The notes under the pieces are model-generated. The model was not told the origin of the DNA and made no database searches. It saw nothing but the letters and a program-made list of their open reading frames with translations. Both the position numbers and the translations under genes were made by a program. A stretch of DNA of 62,773 nt, taken from the IMG/VR virus record IMGVR_UViG_3300011921_000007, positions 1 to 62,773 of that record. One strand, given 5' to 3'. Positions 53,759 through 62,773 of the stretch are shown here, in pieces (within the stretch, counting starts at the first letter, position 1; each line of letters begins with the position of its first letter). The stretch is from a virus (taxonomy: Duplodnaviria > Caudoviricetes).

Positions 53759-56700
53759 ATGAACGTACAGATGCCTGACGGAACAATCGTAACTGATGTT
53801 CCTGAAAACATTACGCAGAAAGAATTACTAGCTAGATACAACAAGTTTAACGCTCCAAAGATTGAAACTGCTGGTATTGGTGAAGCCCTTAAAGGCGGAG
53901 CTAAGCGTATGTTGGGCTCATTAGAGACAGCTATAACAAGCCCGTTCGGTGCAGAAGAAGCAGCCAAGCAAGGGTTGGCACGTCAAGAAGCTATCACAGA
54001 AAGACCCGGTGCAAGCCTAGAAAAAGTTAAACAAGTCTACGGTGAAAGAGGTTTTCTACCTGCCGCCCGTGAAGTAGTCAGTCAAGTCCCATCTGCAATC
54101 GCAGAACAGTTCCCTAATCTAGCCGCCACTATAGGTGGTGCACGGCTTGGCGCTATGGCTGGGTCTACTTTTGGTCCTGCTGGTACTGTCATTGGTGGTA
54201 TCGGCGGTGCATTTGTCCCATCACTACTACAACAAACCGGTTCAAACTTAGAACGTCAAGCACAAGAAGGTGCCCCTATTTCAGGTAGTGGTGCTTTAGG
54301 CGCTGCTGTACCGCAAGCCGCTTTGGATGTATTCACTGACAGGTTGCTATTTAGTAGGTTAATGGGTGTGCCTGCTAAGACACTAGGCCGTGCAGATGCC
54401 GATGCTGTTGTAGCCAAATCAATTAAACGTACACTTGCAGAAGGTACCGCCAAAGGTGTGGTAGCCGAAGTGCCTACCGAAGTAGCACAACAAATGCTTG
54501 AGCGTTATCAAGCTGGTCTATCCTTAACCGATGAAGATGCTCGTAAAGAATATGCAGACACTGCATATCAAGTTGCCTTATTAGGTCCATTGGGTGCGGT
54601 AGGTAAGTTACAAGAACGTGGTGAAGCAAGGGGTGTAATCGCTCAAGACGTAGCCGCACAACAAGCAGCTGCCCAACAAGCACAGCGCCAAGCTACTGGG
54701 GTAATGGAGCAACAACCGCTATTCGCTCCGCAGGAGATGCCTATCCCTGAGCCTACCCTAGAACCTGCACCGATATCAACAATCGCTCCTGAAGAAGCTG
54801 TAGCTGAAGAGCCAGTACCGGAAGGCCAAGGCGAGTTGTTCACTAAGAAAGGTGCTCCGACTAAAGAAGCTAAGGCATCCGTTGAGGCCGCTCGTTTACA
54901 AGGTCTACCAGCACAGATAGCAGAACTAAACCAAACACCTGAAGGCCGTGCACAATTAGCCGGTGACATGAAAACATATTTCCCTGACTTAACTGTACAG
55001 GAACGCAATAGACTACGCCCACAGATTCAAGCTGGTACTTATGGTGTAGAACCTGTAGCCCCAGTAGAAGGCACCCTAACCCCTGAAGTATTGCAGTCGT
55101 TTGACATTACTCCACGTAGCAAACAGTATAAAGCATTAGCAGGTGCTAGCTTAGCTGACCCAACCACCTATAACTTACTTACTACAGCGGCGGCCACTAA
55201 CACTGACTTCGGAGTTAAAGCCAACCGTATATTGGATGCCTTCCCACACTACAACCCTGCTGCGGTTCAACCTGATTTATTTGGAGCCCCTTATGCCCCG
55301 CAAACCGAAACCCAAGCAGAACCTGTACAACCAGACCTCTTTGGTGTTCCAGCGGTCGGAACTCCTCCTATCGAGCCAAGAGCTCAGCAAGGCATGGGAC
55401 AGCCTGTACAACAACAAGAAGCCGCGCCTACACAAGCTGAAGAACCTGTCGGAGGAGGAGTGGCTGTACCTAGCGGAGCTCCTGACGGAAACCTTGGACA
55501 ACCTGCAGCAGGCGCAGATGTCCAACCAAGTGCACTAGCCCCTATACCTAAAGGCGAAGCAAGGAAAGCCGCAGCCGCCCTTAAGAAAGAACCCGTTGCC
55601 GTTACTTGGAATTACTTTAGTGATACACCGTACGCTAAACTATCTAAAGTAAGCAAAGACCGTGTAAAAGATGCTCACGCACAAGGGTATTTAACCCAAG
55701 CGCTTGCAGATGAGATTGACCGTATTGAAGCGGGTAACGCCCGTGCTGCTGCTGCCGCAAGCGCTACAAATAAACCTGAAGCCTTGTTAGACGAAACGCC
55801 AACTCAGGCACCTATAACTCCAGTACAACAAGCTCCAGTACAACAAGCTCCAGTACAACAAGCTCCAGCAACAGAACCAACCCTTACAGAAGAAGCAGCT
55901 GCGTTGCCGGACATCCCTGTGTCTGAATCAGACCGTGATGAAATGGACACTTTGTATAAAGCATTGAAAGGGAAGTCCCTCATTAAGGCTACTGAATGGT
56001 TAGCAGAGAACTCACCAAGTAAATCCCATCGAATCATTGCACGGATAATGGCAAATCGATTCAAAATGCTTACGGATAATGGTGTAAAGTTTGAGTTTGT
56101 TATCACTGAACCAGGTGGTACTGGGTACGCCGCTGTACGTCGTAAAGGTAACCCAGGGTCTACTAGAACAAGATTCCAAGGGCCTAAAGGCGAAGTTATA
56201 GTCATGATTCAGGGCACGATGATGGGACCTGATTATACTGGGCTTAATTACCCAACCATCCTACACGAGCTACTACATGCCGCAACTGCTGCTACAGTAT
56301 TTTCAGTAGACGTAGCTAGACGCAAAGGTGTCAGACTTCCTTCCTACGCTAAGCACGTAGATGAGCTTGATAATTTAGTTACGCTTATTCAAAAAACGGT
56401 TAAGCAACGGGTAAAAGATGGCATAGCGTCTGACATTGAAGAGGCTTGGGTTGAGGGTCGCACCAATGTATTTAAAGACGCTGATGAATTAATAGCGTGG
56501 GGGCTAACTCAACCTGAAGCACAAGCGGTACTAGAGTCAATTAAACTTGGCAATAATAAAACACTTTGGTCTGAATTTACTACAGTTATCCGTAACTTAT
56601 TAGGTATCCCTGCATCCGAGAACACTGCCTTATCTGCTATATTAGAAGCTAGTCATGGTTTGTTAGGTGCCTCATACAAAGAAGTTAGCGAAACCATAAA

Positions 56701-59374
56701 TGCTGGGTTTGGTAAGGAGTTATATAAAGAGTCTAATCAAATAGACGCTAGAGCACAAGCTCAGGCACAGCAAGCAATTGCAAGCATGTCAGGTATGTAT
56801 GCGCAATCCAACCCACAGCCTGTACAGACTGGCGCACAAGTAGCCGCTAACATCGGTAACTTAGTTAGGACTAACCCAAGCGGTGCGATGGAAATGATGG
56901 AGCGTAAGATTAACGCATTCCGTAATAAGGTCGTATGGCGTGGTGCTACACTTGCAGATGATATCCAGCGTGCTAATGACAACGCGTTCAGAGATGCTTA
57001 CGGTAACGTTCGTGCCGACATCCTAATGAGCCAAGCCGAGAATACACAGAACATTACCGAGTCTGTATTTACGTTTGGTGGTGTTGAAATTTCACCTGAC
57101 GGTTCTGTGCACGCCAAGGTTGCTGACCATAGTATTGATGGGGTATTCCGCCAAGCTAAAACATTAGCTGACCGTATCGGTGCTGACACAGCCCGTGAAT
57201 TAATTACCAAAACATTCTACGCATGGCGTGCAAAAGCATTACTAACTTTACCTAAGAATGAATGGCCTATCAACTGGCAACAGAACCCAACCCTTATCCC
57301 TACCCAAGCACAAATAAACGCTGGTATGGCTGCTTTTAATCAGTTCCCTGAACTCCAAGCAATGAAGACTGAGTTCATCGGTGCTAAAAACGAAGCCGTT
57401 AAGTTCTTACGTCAAGCTGACTTCCTAACCGAGGAGAAAGCAAAAGCCTTCTTAGCCGATGATTCCTACGCCCCATGGTTCCGATTGAAAGAGTACGACG
57501 ATACATTGCCCGGCCTAGGTAACATGGGTCGTATGGTTGACTTGAAACAGATGCAAGCCCTTAAAGGTGGTAGTGAAGAAGTTAACGACATGCTTGAGAA
57601 CATGGCACAGGTTGTTTCATGGTTCGTGCGTTCAGGTGTTTCTAACCATACAGCTAACCGAGCATTGAATACAATGCAGGAAATGGGCACTGCTACACCA
57701 CAACGTAGCCGCCCTACTGGTACAAACCCTGACAACATTGTAATGACCTATGTAGACGGTAAACGCATGTTCTGGACTGTGTCTGACCCATTACAACTAC
57801 AGGCATTCCAATCAGTTAAAGCAATCAACAGCCCTGTAATTAAAGCGATGAGCAAAGGGTTGGGTACACTGCGTGCTGGTATTGTGTTGTTCCCCGCCTT
57901 CCCTGTTCGCCAAGTAATAATGGATACATACCGTGCATACGCACAATCAGGTGTAGAGCAACCAGCCAAACTGGTTGGTAAAGTATTCAAGTCATTCCTA
58001 TCAGGTGAAGCATACAAAGCCATGAGCGATGACATCCTTGAGATGAAGAAGTACGGTGTTGTAGGTTCTGCTGACTTTAACTTAAGTGACTCCACACGTG
58101 GTAGGGCAGAAGCATACGGCCTACAAGGTCCTGAAAAAGGTATCACTGCAACATGGCTACGTAGTCCTGTGTATAAAGCACTCCATAACTTCGCATACAG
58201 TGCCGACCTAGCAGTGCGTTTAGGTGTGTACCGTCAGACTATGGAAGAGACAGGCGACAAAGAGCTAGCCATTGCTCGTGCTCGTGAGATTATCAACTTC
58301 CAAAAATCAGGCAACAGTGAACTAATGCTTACCCTCAAGCAGTTAATTCCGTTTATGGGTGCGTACTTACAGGGTACCGACGTTAACTATCGCAGTATGA
58401 TTGGTCGTGGTAACTCAATGAAGTCTCGTAAGGCAGCTGCCGCGGCTTTTTGGGGGAACATGACAACGCTTGCCGCATTGACCGTAGCTTACACAATGAG
58501 CATGTCAGGTGACGATGAGTACGAAGAACAAAAAGGTTTTATTACCGACCGTAACTTTATTATTCCTGGTGTAGGTTTGTTACCAGTGCCACCCGATATT
58601 GGTTTCTTGTCTAAAGTTATTCCTGAACGCATTACGGATTACATACTGCAAGAAGGCACTGACAATCCTGAATCTGTATCACGCTTGGTTGACGGTATTA
58701 GGGGTGCGGCAGGTGCTGCCTATCTACCCCCAGCGGCAGTGTATGGTATCACTCCTGCTATTGAATTAGGGCTTAATAAGAGCTTCTTCACGGACATACC
58801 TATTGTCGGTCAGCATATGCAAGGGTTAGAACCATTCCAACAGTACACATCAAGCACAAGTGAACTTGCTAAAACTGCAGGTGGTATAGCTAACATGTCC
58901 CCAATGCAGATTGATTACTTACTTAAAGCTATTGGTGGTACTGCAGGTGGAGCCTTGGTACAGATGTTTGATGTGATTGCATCTGACGGTAAGATTGCCC
59001 GTGAAAAGAACATTATCCTTGGCACGTTCCAGAAAAAAGAAGTGGGTGGTCGTTACACAGAAGAGTTCTATGAGACCCGTGAATTGATTGACAGAACCTA
59101 CAATACCGTCAAAGCATTGGATGAATTAGGTGACCAAGCCGCAGTAGATGCATACCTATCCCGTCCTGAAATACAACAACGTATGGGCGCACGTCCGATG
59201 ATTGAGCAGATGAATACAATGCTACAAGAAGTGCGTAAGGCTCGTGCTGGTATTGAAAACGACCCATCATTGACCCCTGATGAGAAACGCCAAGCGGTGA
59301 ATGAGCTACAGGCTGGTGTAGAGCAGGCCCTAAAAGAAGCCGGCATACGCAAAGTACGTAGCGAGATAGAATAA
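53759..59374 (+). CDS. Large polyvalent/ejection protein with zincin HExxH and LPD38-like C-terminus
   Basis: HELLH at 56264-56278; C-terminal INF...IPF..A..QG, N.SFF...PIV, SP..IDY. Confidence 0.8.
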   Translation: MNVQMPDGTIVTDVPENITQKELLARYNKFNAPKIETAGIGEALKGGAKRMLGSLETAITSPFGAEEAAKQGLARQEAITERPGASLEKVKQVYGERGFLPAAREVVSQVPSAIAEQFPNLAATIGGARLGAMAGSTFGPAGTVIGGIGGAFVPSLLQQTGSNLERQAQEGAPISGSGALGAAVPQAALDVFTDRLLFSRLMGVPAKTLGRADADAVVAKSIKRTLAEGTAKGVVAEVPTEVAQQMLERYQAGLSLTDEDARKEYADTAYQVALLGPLGAVGKLQERGEARGVIAQDVAAQQAAAQQAQRQATGVMEQQPLFAPQEMPIPEPTLEPAPISTIAPEEAVAEEPVPEGQGELFTKKGAPTKEAKASVEAARLQGLPAQIAELNQTPEGRAQLAGDMKTYFPDLTVQERNRLRPQIQAGTYGVEPVAPVEGTLTPEVLQSFDITPRSKQYKALAGASLADPTTYNLLTTAAATNTDFGVKANRILDAFPHYNPAAVQPDLFGAPYAPQTETQAEPVQPDLFGVPAVGTPPIEPRAQQGMGQPVQQQEAAPTQAEEPVGGGVAVPSGAPDGNLGQPAAGADVQPSALAPIPKGEARKAAAALKKEPVAVTWNYFSDTPYAKLSKVSKDRVKDAHAQGYLTQALADEIDRIEAGNARAAAAASATNKPEALLDETPTQAPITPVQQAPVQQAPVQQAPATEPTLTEEAAALPDIPVSESDRDEMDTLYKALKGKSLIKATEWLAENSPSKSHRIIARIMANRFKMLTDNGVKFEFVITEPGGTGYAAVRRKGNPGSTRTRFQGPKGEVIVMIQGTMMGPDYTGLNYPTILHELLHAATAATVFSVDVARRKGVRLPSYAKHVDELDNLVTLIQKTVKQRVKDGIASDIEEAWVEGRTNVFKDADELIAWGLTQPEAQAVLESIKLGNNKTLWSEFTTVIRNLLGIPASENTALSAILEASHGLLGASYKEVSETINAGFGKELYKESNQIDARAQAQAQQAIASMSGMYAQSNPQPVQTGAQVAANIGNLVRTNPSGAMEMMERKINAFRNKVVWRGATLADDIQRANDNAFRDAYGNVRADILMSQAENTQNITESVFTFGGVEISPDGSVHAKVADHSIDGVFRQAKTLADRIGADTARELITKTFYAWRAKALLTLPKNEWPINWQQNPTLIPTQAQINAGMAAFNQFPELQAMKTEFIGAKNEAVKFLRQADFLTEEKAKAFLADDSYAPWFRLKEYDDTLPGLGNMGRMVDLKQMQALKGGSEEVNDMLENMAQVVSWFVRSGVSNHTANRALNTMQEMGTATPQRSRPTGTNPDNIVMTYVDGKRMFWTVSDPLQLQAFQSVKAINSPVIKAMSKGLGTLRAGIVLFPAFPVRQVIMDTYRAYAQSGVEQPAKLVGKVFKSFLSGEAYKAMSDDILEMKKYGVVGSADFNLSDSTRGRAEAYGLQGPEKGITATWLRSPVYKALHNFAYSADLAVRLGVYRQTMEETGDKELAIARAREIINFQKSGNSELMLTLKQLIPFMGAYLQGTDVNYRSMIGRGNSMKSRKAAAAAFWGNMTTLAALTVAYTMSMSGDDEYEEQKGFITDRNFIIPGVGLLPVPPDIGFLSKVIPERITDYILQEGTDNPESVSRLVDGIRGAAGAAYLPPAAVYGITPAIELGLNKSFFTDIPIVGQHMQGLEPFQQYTSSTSELAKTAGGIANMSPMQIDYLLKAIGGTAGGALVQMFDVIASDGKIAREKNIILGTFQKKEVGGRYTEEFYETRELIDRTYNTVKALDELGDQAAVDAYLSRPEIQQRMGARPMIEQMNTMLQEVRKARAGIENDPSLTPDEKRQAVNELQAGVEQALKEAGIRKVRSEIE

Positions 59375-59400
59375 AAAAGAACCCCAGCCGAAGCTGGGGT
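59373..59400 (-). terminator. Terminator between convergent arms
   Basis: Minus strand ACCCCAGC-TTCG-GCTGGGGT-TCTTTTTT. Confidence 0.85.
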
Positions 59401-59463
59401 AAGGGGTCATACCGGAGAATGACAGAATGCAACAACTGTCGAGTGCTAATATACAACAGAATT

Positions 59464-59492
59464 CAACACTTATCAACACTTACCAACACTTA
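59464..59492. repeat. Three direct repeats CAACACTTA, 10-bp period
   Basis: Copies at 59464, 59474, 59484. Confidence 0.8.
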
Positions 59493-59510
59493 TTTGGACA
59501 ACTTTGGCCT

Positions 59511-59717
59511 TTATTGGACTCTCCAAACCATCACACCCATGTAGCCGTCTTCAACCGTATTACGCATTTCAACTGCAAATTCCAGCTCTCTCGCAATCCG
59601 TCTTAACATTGAACGCAGCTCCACGGGCTTTAGTGTAGGGATGAAAACGCTATCTTTTACAACCATGTATTCGATAGGCACTTCCATCTCAACCCCATCA
59701 GGCAGTAGCAGTATCAT
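59511..59717 (-). CDS. Hypothetical protein
   Basis: SVFIP...G..VWR pattern; overlaps primase gene end. Confidence 0.65.
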   Translation of the reverse strand: MILLLPDGVEMEVPIEYMVVKDSVFIPTLKPVELRSMLRRIARELEFAVEMRNTVEDGYMGVMVWRVQ

Positions 59718-62622
59718 TCACTTCCGCTTCCATGTCATGCCACATACCCATGTCAATGTTCACCGTGTTGGTGTCAAACTCAACGCTTCGGGTATTACCG
59801 GCTACCACACCTGAGCCTGCTGACAGACGTTTAGGACCGAGGGTTGCATTGGCTAATGACACCAAGCTGTTGAATGAGAACTGCCTTTGTACGCAATAGT
59901 CACGCAACTGCTTAGCCGCAATAAATAACTTGCCAGTATCCGGCTCATATCGCGCTACGATTTTGTTGATGCTTCTGTTGCGGGGTAATGCTTGTAGTCC
60001 ATTAGAATCGGGTAAGCCGTCGACCACCAAGATGTAGCTGTGGTTTTCTACTAGGAAGTCTGATACCAATGCATCGAAGTGGGTAACACTTTGCTCTACG
60101 TCACCACGCATGCGGGTGATGTGCTTGACCATAGCTTCAATGTTTGAGTCAATATCAAAGGCATGTATGTTTAGTTGCTTAGCCACCAATGCGATTGTGT
60201 ATGCGCAGGCAATGCTTATAGACCAGTTACGTTCTTTGCTGGTGAACTTAAACTTCACGTCCATTTTACGTTGCACGCGTTCAACCATTTCTTTTAGCTT
60301 GTCTTCGTTTTCTACCAGCCATGACGCTAAGAAGTGCCCAGCTATACCGAAGTTAGTTTGAATCAATGGGAATGTAACGTCTGCTATCGCTTTTGGAATT
60401 ACAGGTGTACCACGCATATCAAATTCAAACAGACGCATGTTCTCACCCTCAGCTGATGCCTTTAATGAACCTAACTTATCACGTAAGGCGGCATTGGCTG
60501 TAGCAAATGAGTTCATGTTCCATGTGGTGTTGTTTGCCCGCTCTACGCCAGTAATAGTACTGCGGTTTTTACCACGACCCATAGTGGACATATACACAAG
60601 CTCACTGCACACTTCAGGGGTCTTGTTGGTGAACTCGTCTAAGAACAACGACATGCTATTAAACACACCCATACGGTTTACTGTGGCATTGATTGTATCG
60701 TGCGGCATTGAAAGCATTTCGCGTGGGTGACCCCATACGCTGTTACATACCATACCAAGGGTTGTTTTACCGATACCTGACTCGTCACTGATAAGTGTGG
60801 TCAACATGCCGGGGTGGTTCATTGCTTTTAGTAAGGGTGAGCTTAGCGCCAAGAAGAACACAAACTGGTGCACGTCAAACCCCGGTGCATTGTATATGTC
60901 CACGACCTTACGCCACTCTGACATCTCGCCTTCCATACGGAACATTGATTGGTAATTGGTTGTTGCGTTTGACGGTGGGCAGTTGCGGATACCGTTCTTG
61001 GAGTACTCACGTGCTCCTAATATAAACGACTTGTCATCTTGCCAACCCATTTGGGTCCTTGCTTGTTCTTCACGTTGCATTCTTGAAATCTCCTTAGTTA
61101 ATGCTATTAAATAAAGGCTTATCTCCGCTACCGTTTTGTCGGTTGCAGCTACGCCCTGACCACAAATAATCTCCCTCAGCTTGTCTCTCGAACCTACTGA
61201 TTTTAGTGGGATATTAAAGACGCGTACTCCGTCTAATGGCGTGTGTAGTCGACACGCTAATACTTGTTGTTCATCGGGGTCCCACAGCCGTGCATAAGCA
61301 TACAAGTCGTTCTCGTATATCAGTATGTCTTCTGTAGTACCATCTTCTAATTTAGTTTGTTTGTACAGCCCACCGTTTTGCCCACGTAGGTATGGCTTGG
61401 GTGGAACTGGGATAGTTACCTTGTCTTTGTTTTTGTAGAACAATGCTAGTGCCGCATCAATCTTTGCAGTGTCCACAGGTGCCGCGTCTTCCAACGCTGT
61501 TTCCATTTCGGCTTCAATCGTTTCTGTTTTGGCTACGACAGGTAGGGGGGCAGGTGCAGTTGATACAGTTATAGGAGCCGTAGTCGCTACCACTTCGTTG
61601 CCTAGTTGGATAGGGCTGGTTACCTTATTGAAGTGTGGGCATGACTGGCATACGTTACCGCGTAGTGAATCAAAGGTTGCACAGGTGTATGGGCCTTTTG
61701 TTTGTTCAGCCTTAGCCACCGTAGCATCGAAGTCGTAGTCGGGATGCTGGTTAGATACTAAATGAATGGATGTAGCACCATCACTACAATGCTGGGCTAC
61801 GGATAGCACGGCTCTCCAAAACGGTTCATCAATGGTTGTTTGTTCAGTAACCCCATGCAGTAGTTGTTCGCACCCAGTACCTGCACAGCTACGTTGCATG
61901 ATTTTCTTAAAGGACGAAGTCGTGTTGCCAATCAATGCCTTTGTGACCGCGCTCATTTCTTTCTTTGTAGGCGTGCCAGCAATCTTTAAGCTAGGCTTTA
62001 TATTTAGTGTCGCTAAACCCAGTTCTATCAACCCTTTGAACGCATCGACCATAACGGGATTGCCGTTCTTCATTACTTGGACTACTGATGGTGGGTCGAA
62101 TCGGTAGTTGTATGTTTCGGGTATACGCAAAATCCTAGCGCTGTCCGCTGTACATGCTGGGTCAATACGCAAGCCGTCATGCAAGCACAATGCTTTTAGT
62201 TTGTCGGCTATGGGTTGCCATTCGTCTTTGGTTATCTCGGTGTCTAAAATCCAATAGACATGCCAGCCATTCCCTGAATCGACAATGGTAGGACGAGGGA
62301 ACGAGTGACGAGAACAGAACTGTGAGATGGCAAGGATACCATCGTCTTTGTTGGCGTAGTCTTTAAGTGGGTCTTTGTTCTTGCAATCGACATCAAGCCA
62401 AAAAGCTTTTAGTCGTAGGACGTTATCCTGTGTACGTGTGCTTGCATCTTTGAACGATGCCATAGCATAGTATGCGTTTTTACCTTGCGCTGACGCATCA
62501 ATACCAGCGGCCACGAGTACGTCTACGTTGTCGTAGAATGTTTGTACAATCGCTTTACCTTGAATGGTAGTGAGGCAGTAGGTCCCAATAGAAGGCACCA
62601 CGCTATTGATAAGCGTTTTCAT
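59698..62622 (-). CDS. Primase (AEP/RepB-like) fused to DUF927-type helicase/ATPase
   Basis: WLDVD, SGNGWHVYW, D.ARILR.P; C...C..C finger; QMGW; ESGIGKTT, LDE. Confidence 0.85.
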   Translation of the reverse strand: MKTLINSVVPSIGTYCLTTIQGKAIVQTFYDNVDVLVAAGIDASAQGKNAYYAMASFKDASTRTQDNVLRLKAFWLDVDCKNKDPLKDYANKDDGILAISQFCSRHSFPRPTIVDSGNGWHVYWILDTEITKDEWQPIADKLKALCLHDGLRIDPACTADSARILRIPETYNYRFDPPSVVQVMKNGNPVMVDAFKGLIELGLATLNIKPSLKIAGTPTKKEMSAVTKALIGNTTSSFKKIMQRSCAGTGCEQLLHGVTEQTTIDEPFWRAVLSVAQHCSDGATSIHLVSNQHPDYDFDATVAKAEQTKGPYTCATFDSLRGNVCQSCPHFNKVTSPIQLGNEVVATTAPITVSTAPAPLPVVAKTETIEAEMETALEDAAPVDTAKIDAALALFYKNKDKVTIPVPPKPYLRGQNGGLYKQTKLEDGTTEDILIYENDLYAYARLWDPDEQQVLACRLHTPLDGVRVFNIPLKSVGSRDKLREIICGQGVAATDKTVAEISLYLIALTKEISRMQREEQARTQMGWQDDKSFILGAREYSKNGIRNCPPSNATTNYQSMFRMEGEMSEWRKVVDIYNAPGFDVHQFVFFLALSSPLLKAMNHPGMLTTLISDESGIGKTTLGMVCNSVWGHPREMLSMPHDTINATVNRMGVFNSMSLFLDEFTNKTPEVCSELVYMSTMGRGKNRSTITGVERANNTTWNMNSFATANAALRDKLGSLKASAEGENMRLFEFDMRGTPVIPKAIADVTFPLIQTNFGIAGHFLASWLVENEDKLKEMVERVQRKMDVKFKFTSKERNWSISIACAYTIALVAKQLNIHAFDIDSNIEAMVKHITRMRGDVEQSVTHFDALVSDFLVENHSYILVVDGLPDSNGLQALPRNRSINKIVARYEPDTGKLFIAAKQLRDYCVQRQFSFNSLVSLANATLGPKRLSAGSGVVAGNTRSVEFDTNTVNIDMGMWHDMEAEVNDTATA

Positions 62623-62634
62623 AGCATGCCTTTA

Positions 62635-62773
62635 TTAAAATAGTTCTAGTTGGACTGGTTGGTTAGGGTCTTGTCGTGAATATAATTCAGCGTTTAGTCG
62701 GGCAAGATAGGTTTTGTATTCTTCTATAACAAGCTTTATGTTTGTTATTGATTCGATAAGGTCTTCTTTTTTA
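62635..62773 (-). CDS. 3' end of a gene running in from window edge
   Basis: ...KEDLIESITNIKLVIEEYKTYLARLNAELYSRQDPNQPVQLELF*. Confidence 0.55.
   Translation of the reverse strand, partial: KKEDLIESITNIKLVIEEYKTYLARLNAELYSRQDPNQPVQLELF

Noticed and set aside
50690-55870. Tandem repeats (GQQAAMQGA units, GGTGCGGGTGCT at ~52720-52757, CTCCAGTACAACAAG x3 at ~55818-55862)
   Set aside because: In-frame low-complexity coding repeats typical of ejection-protein linkers
1-62773. tRNA/rRNA genes and alternative genetic code
   Set aside because: No cloverleaf with T-loop GTTCRA context recognised by eye (tRNAscan-SE would be decisive); long genes are intact in code 11 and use all three stops

Overview
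Near-complete genome (~62.8 kb, both ends cut inside genes) of a tailed dsDNA phage with podovirus-type architecture. Two arms diverge from a control region at ~19.5-21.5 kb. The minus-strand arm (21.2 kb to 1, continuing 62.8 to 59.5 kb) carries early and replication genes: M28-like peptidase, AAA ATPase + vWA/metallopeptidase module, family A DNA polymerase, PD-(D/E)XK nuclease, SNF2 helicase, SSB-like protein and primase/DUF927. The plus-strand arm (21.5-59.4 kb) carries terminase, portal, GroES, scaffold, capsid, small basic proteins, tail adaptors, two tail fibres, an M15 lysis cassette, ejection proteins and a 1871-aa polyvalent protein. An unannotated 23-aa pqqA gene behind the capsid gene points to a methylotroph (Methylophilaceae-like) host. 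Features the gene list does not explain: six copies of a 14-bp palindrome CGGACA-WW-TGTCCG through the early region; a GTTAC/GTAAC iteron-like field; a G-quadruplex-capable tract at the divergence point; a three-helix pseudoknotted leader RNA touching an RBS; a loop-E hairpin RNA; an HNH cassette that splits a gene while completing both halves; a hydrophobic-x-x-GG motif shared by many putative capsid-internal proteins; and repeated beta-clamp-like QxxLF motifs. No integrase, tRNA, rRNA or CRISPR array was seen. All product calls come from reading motifs by eye, not from database searches.
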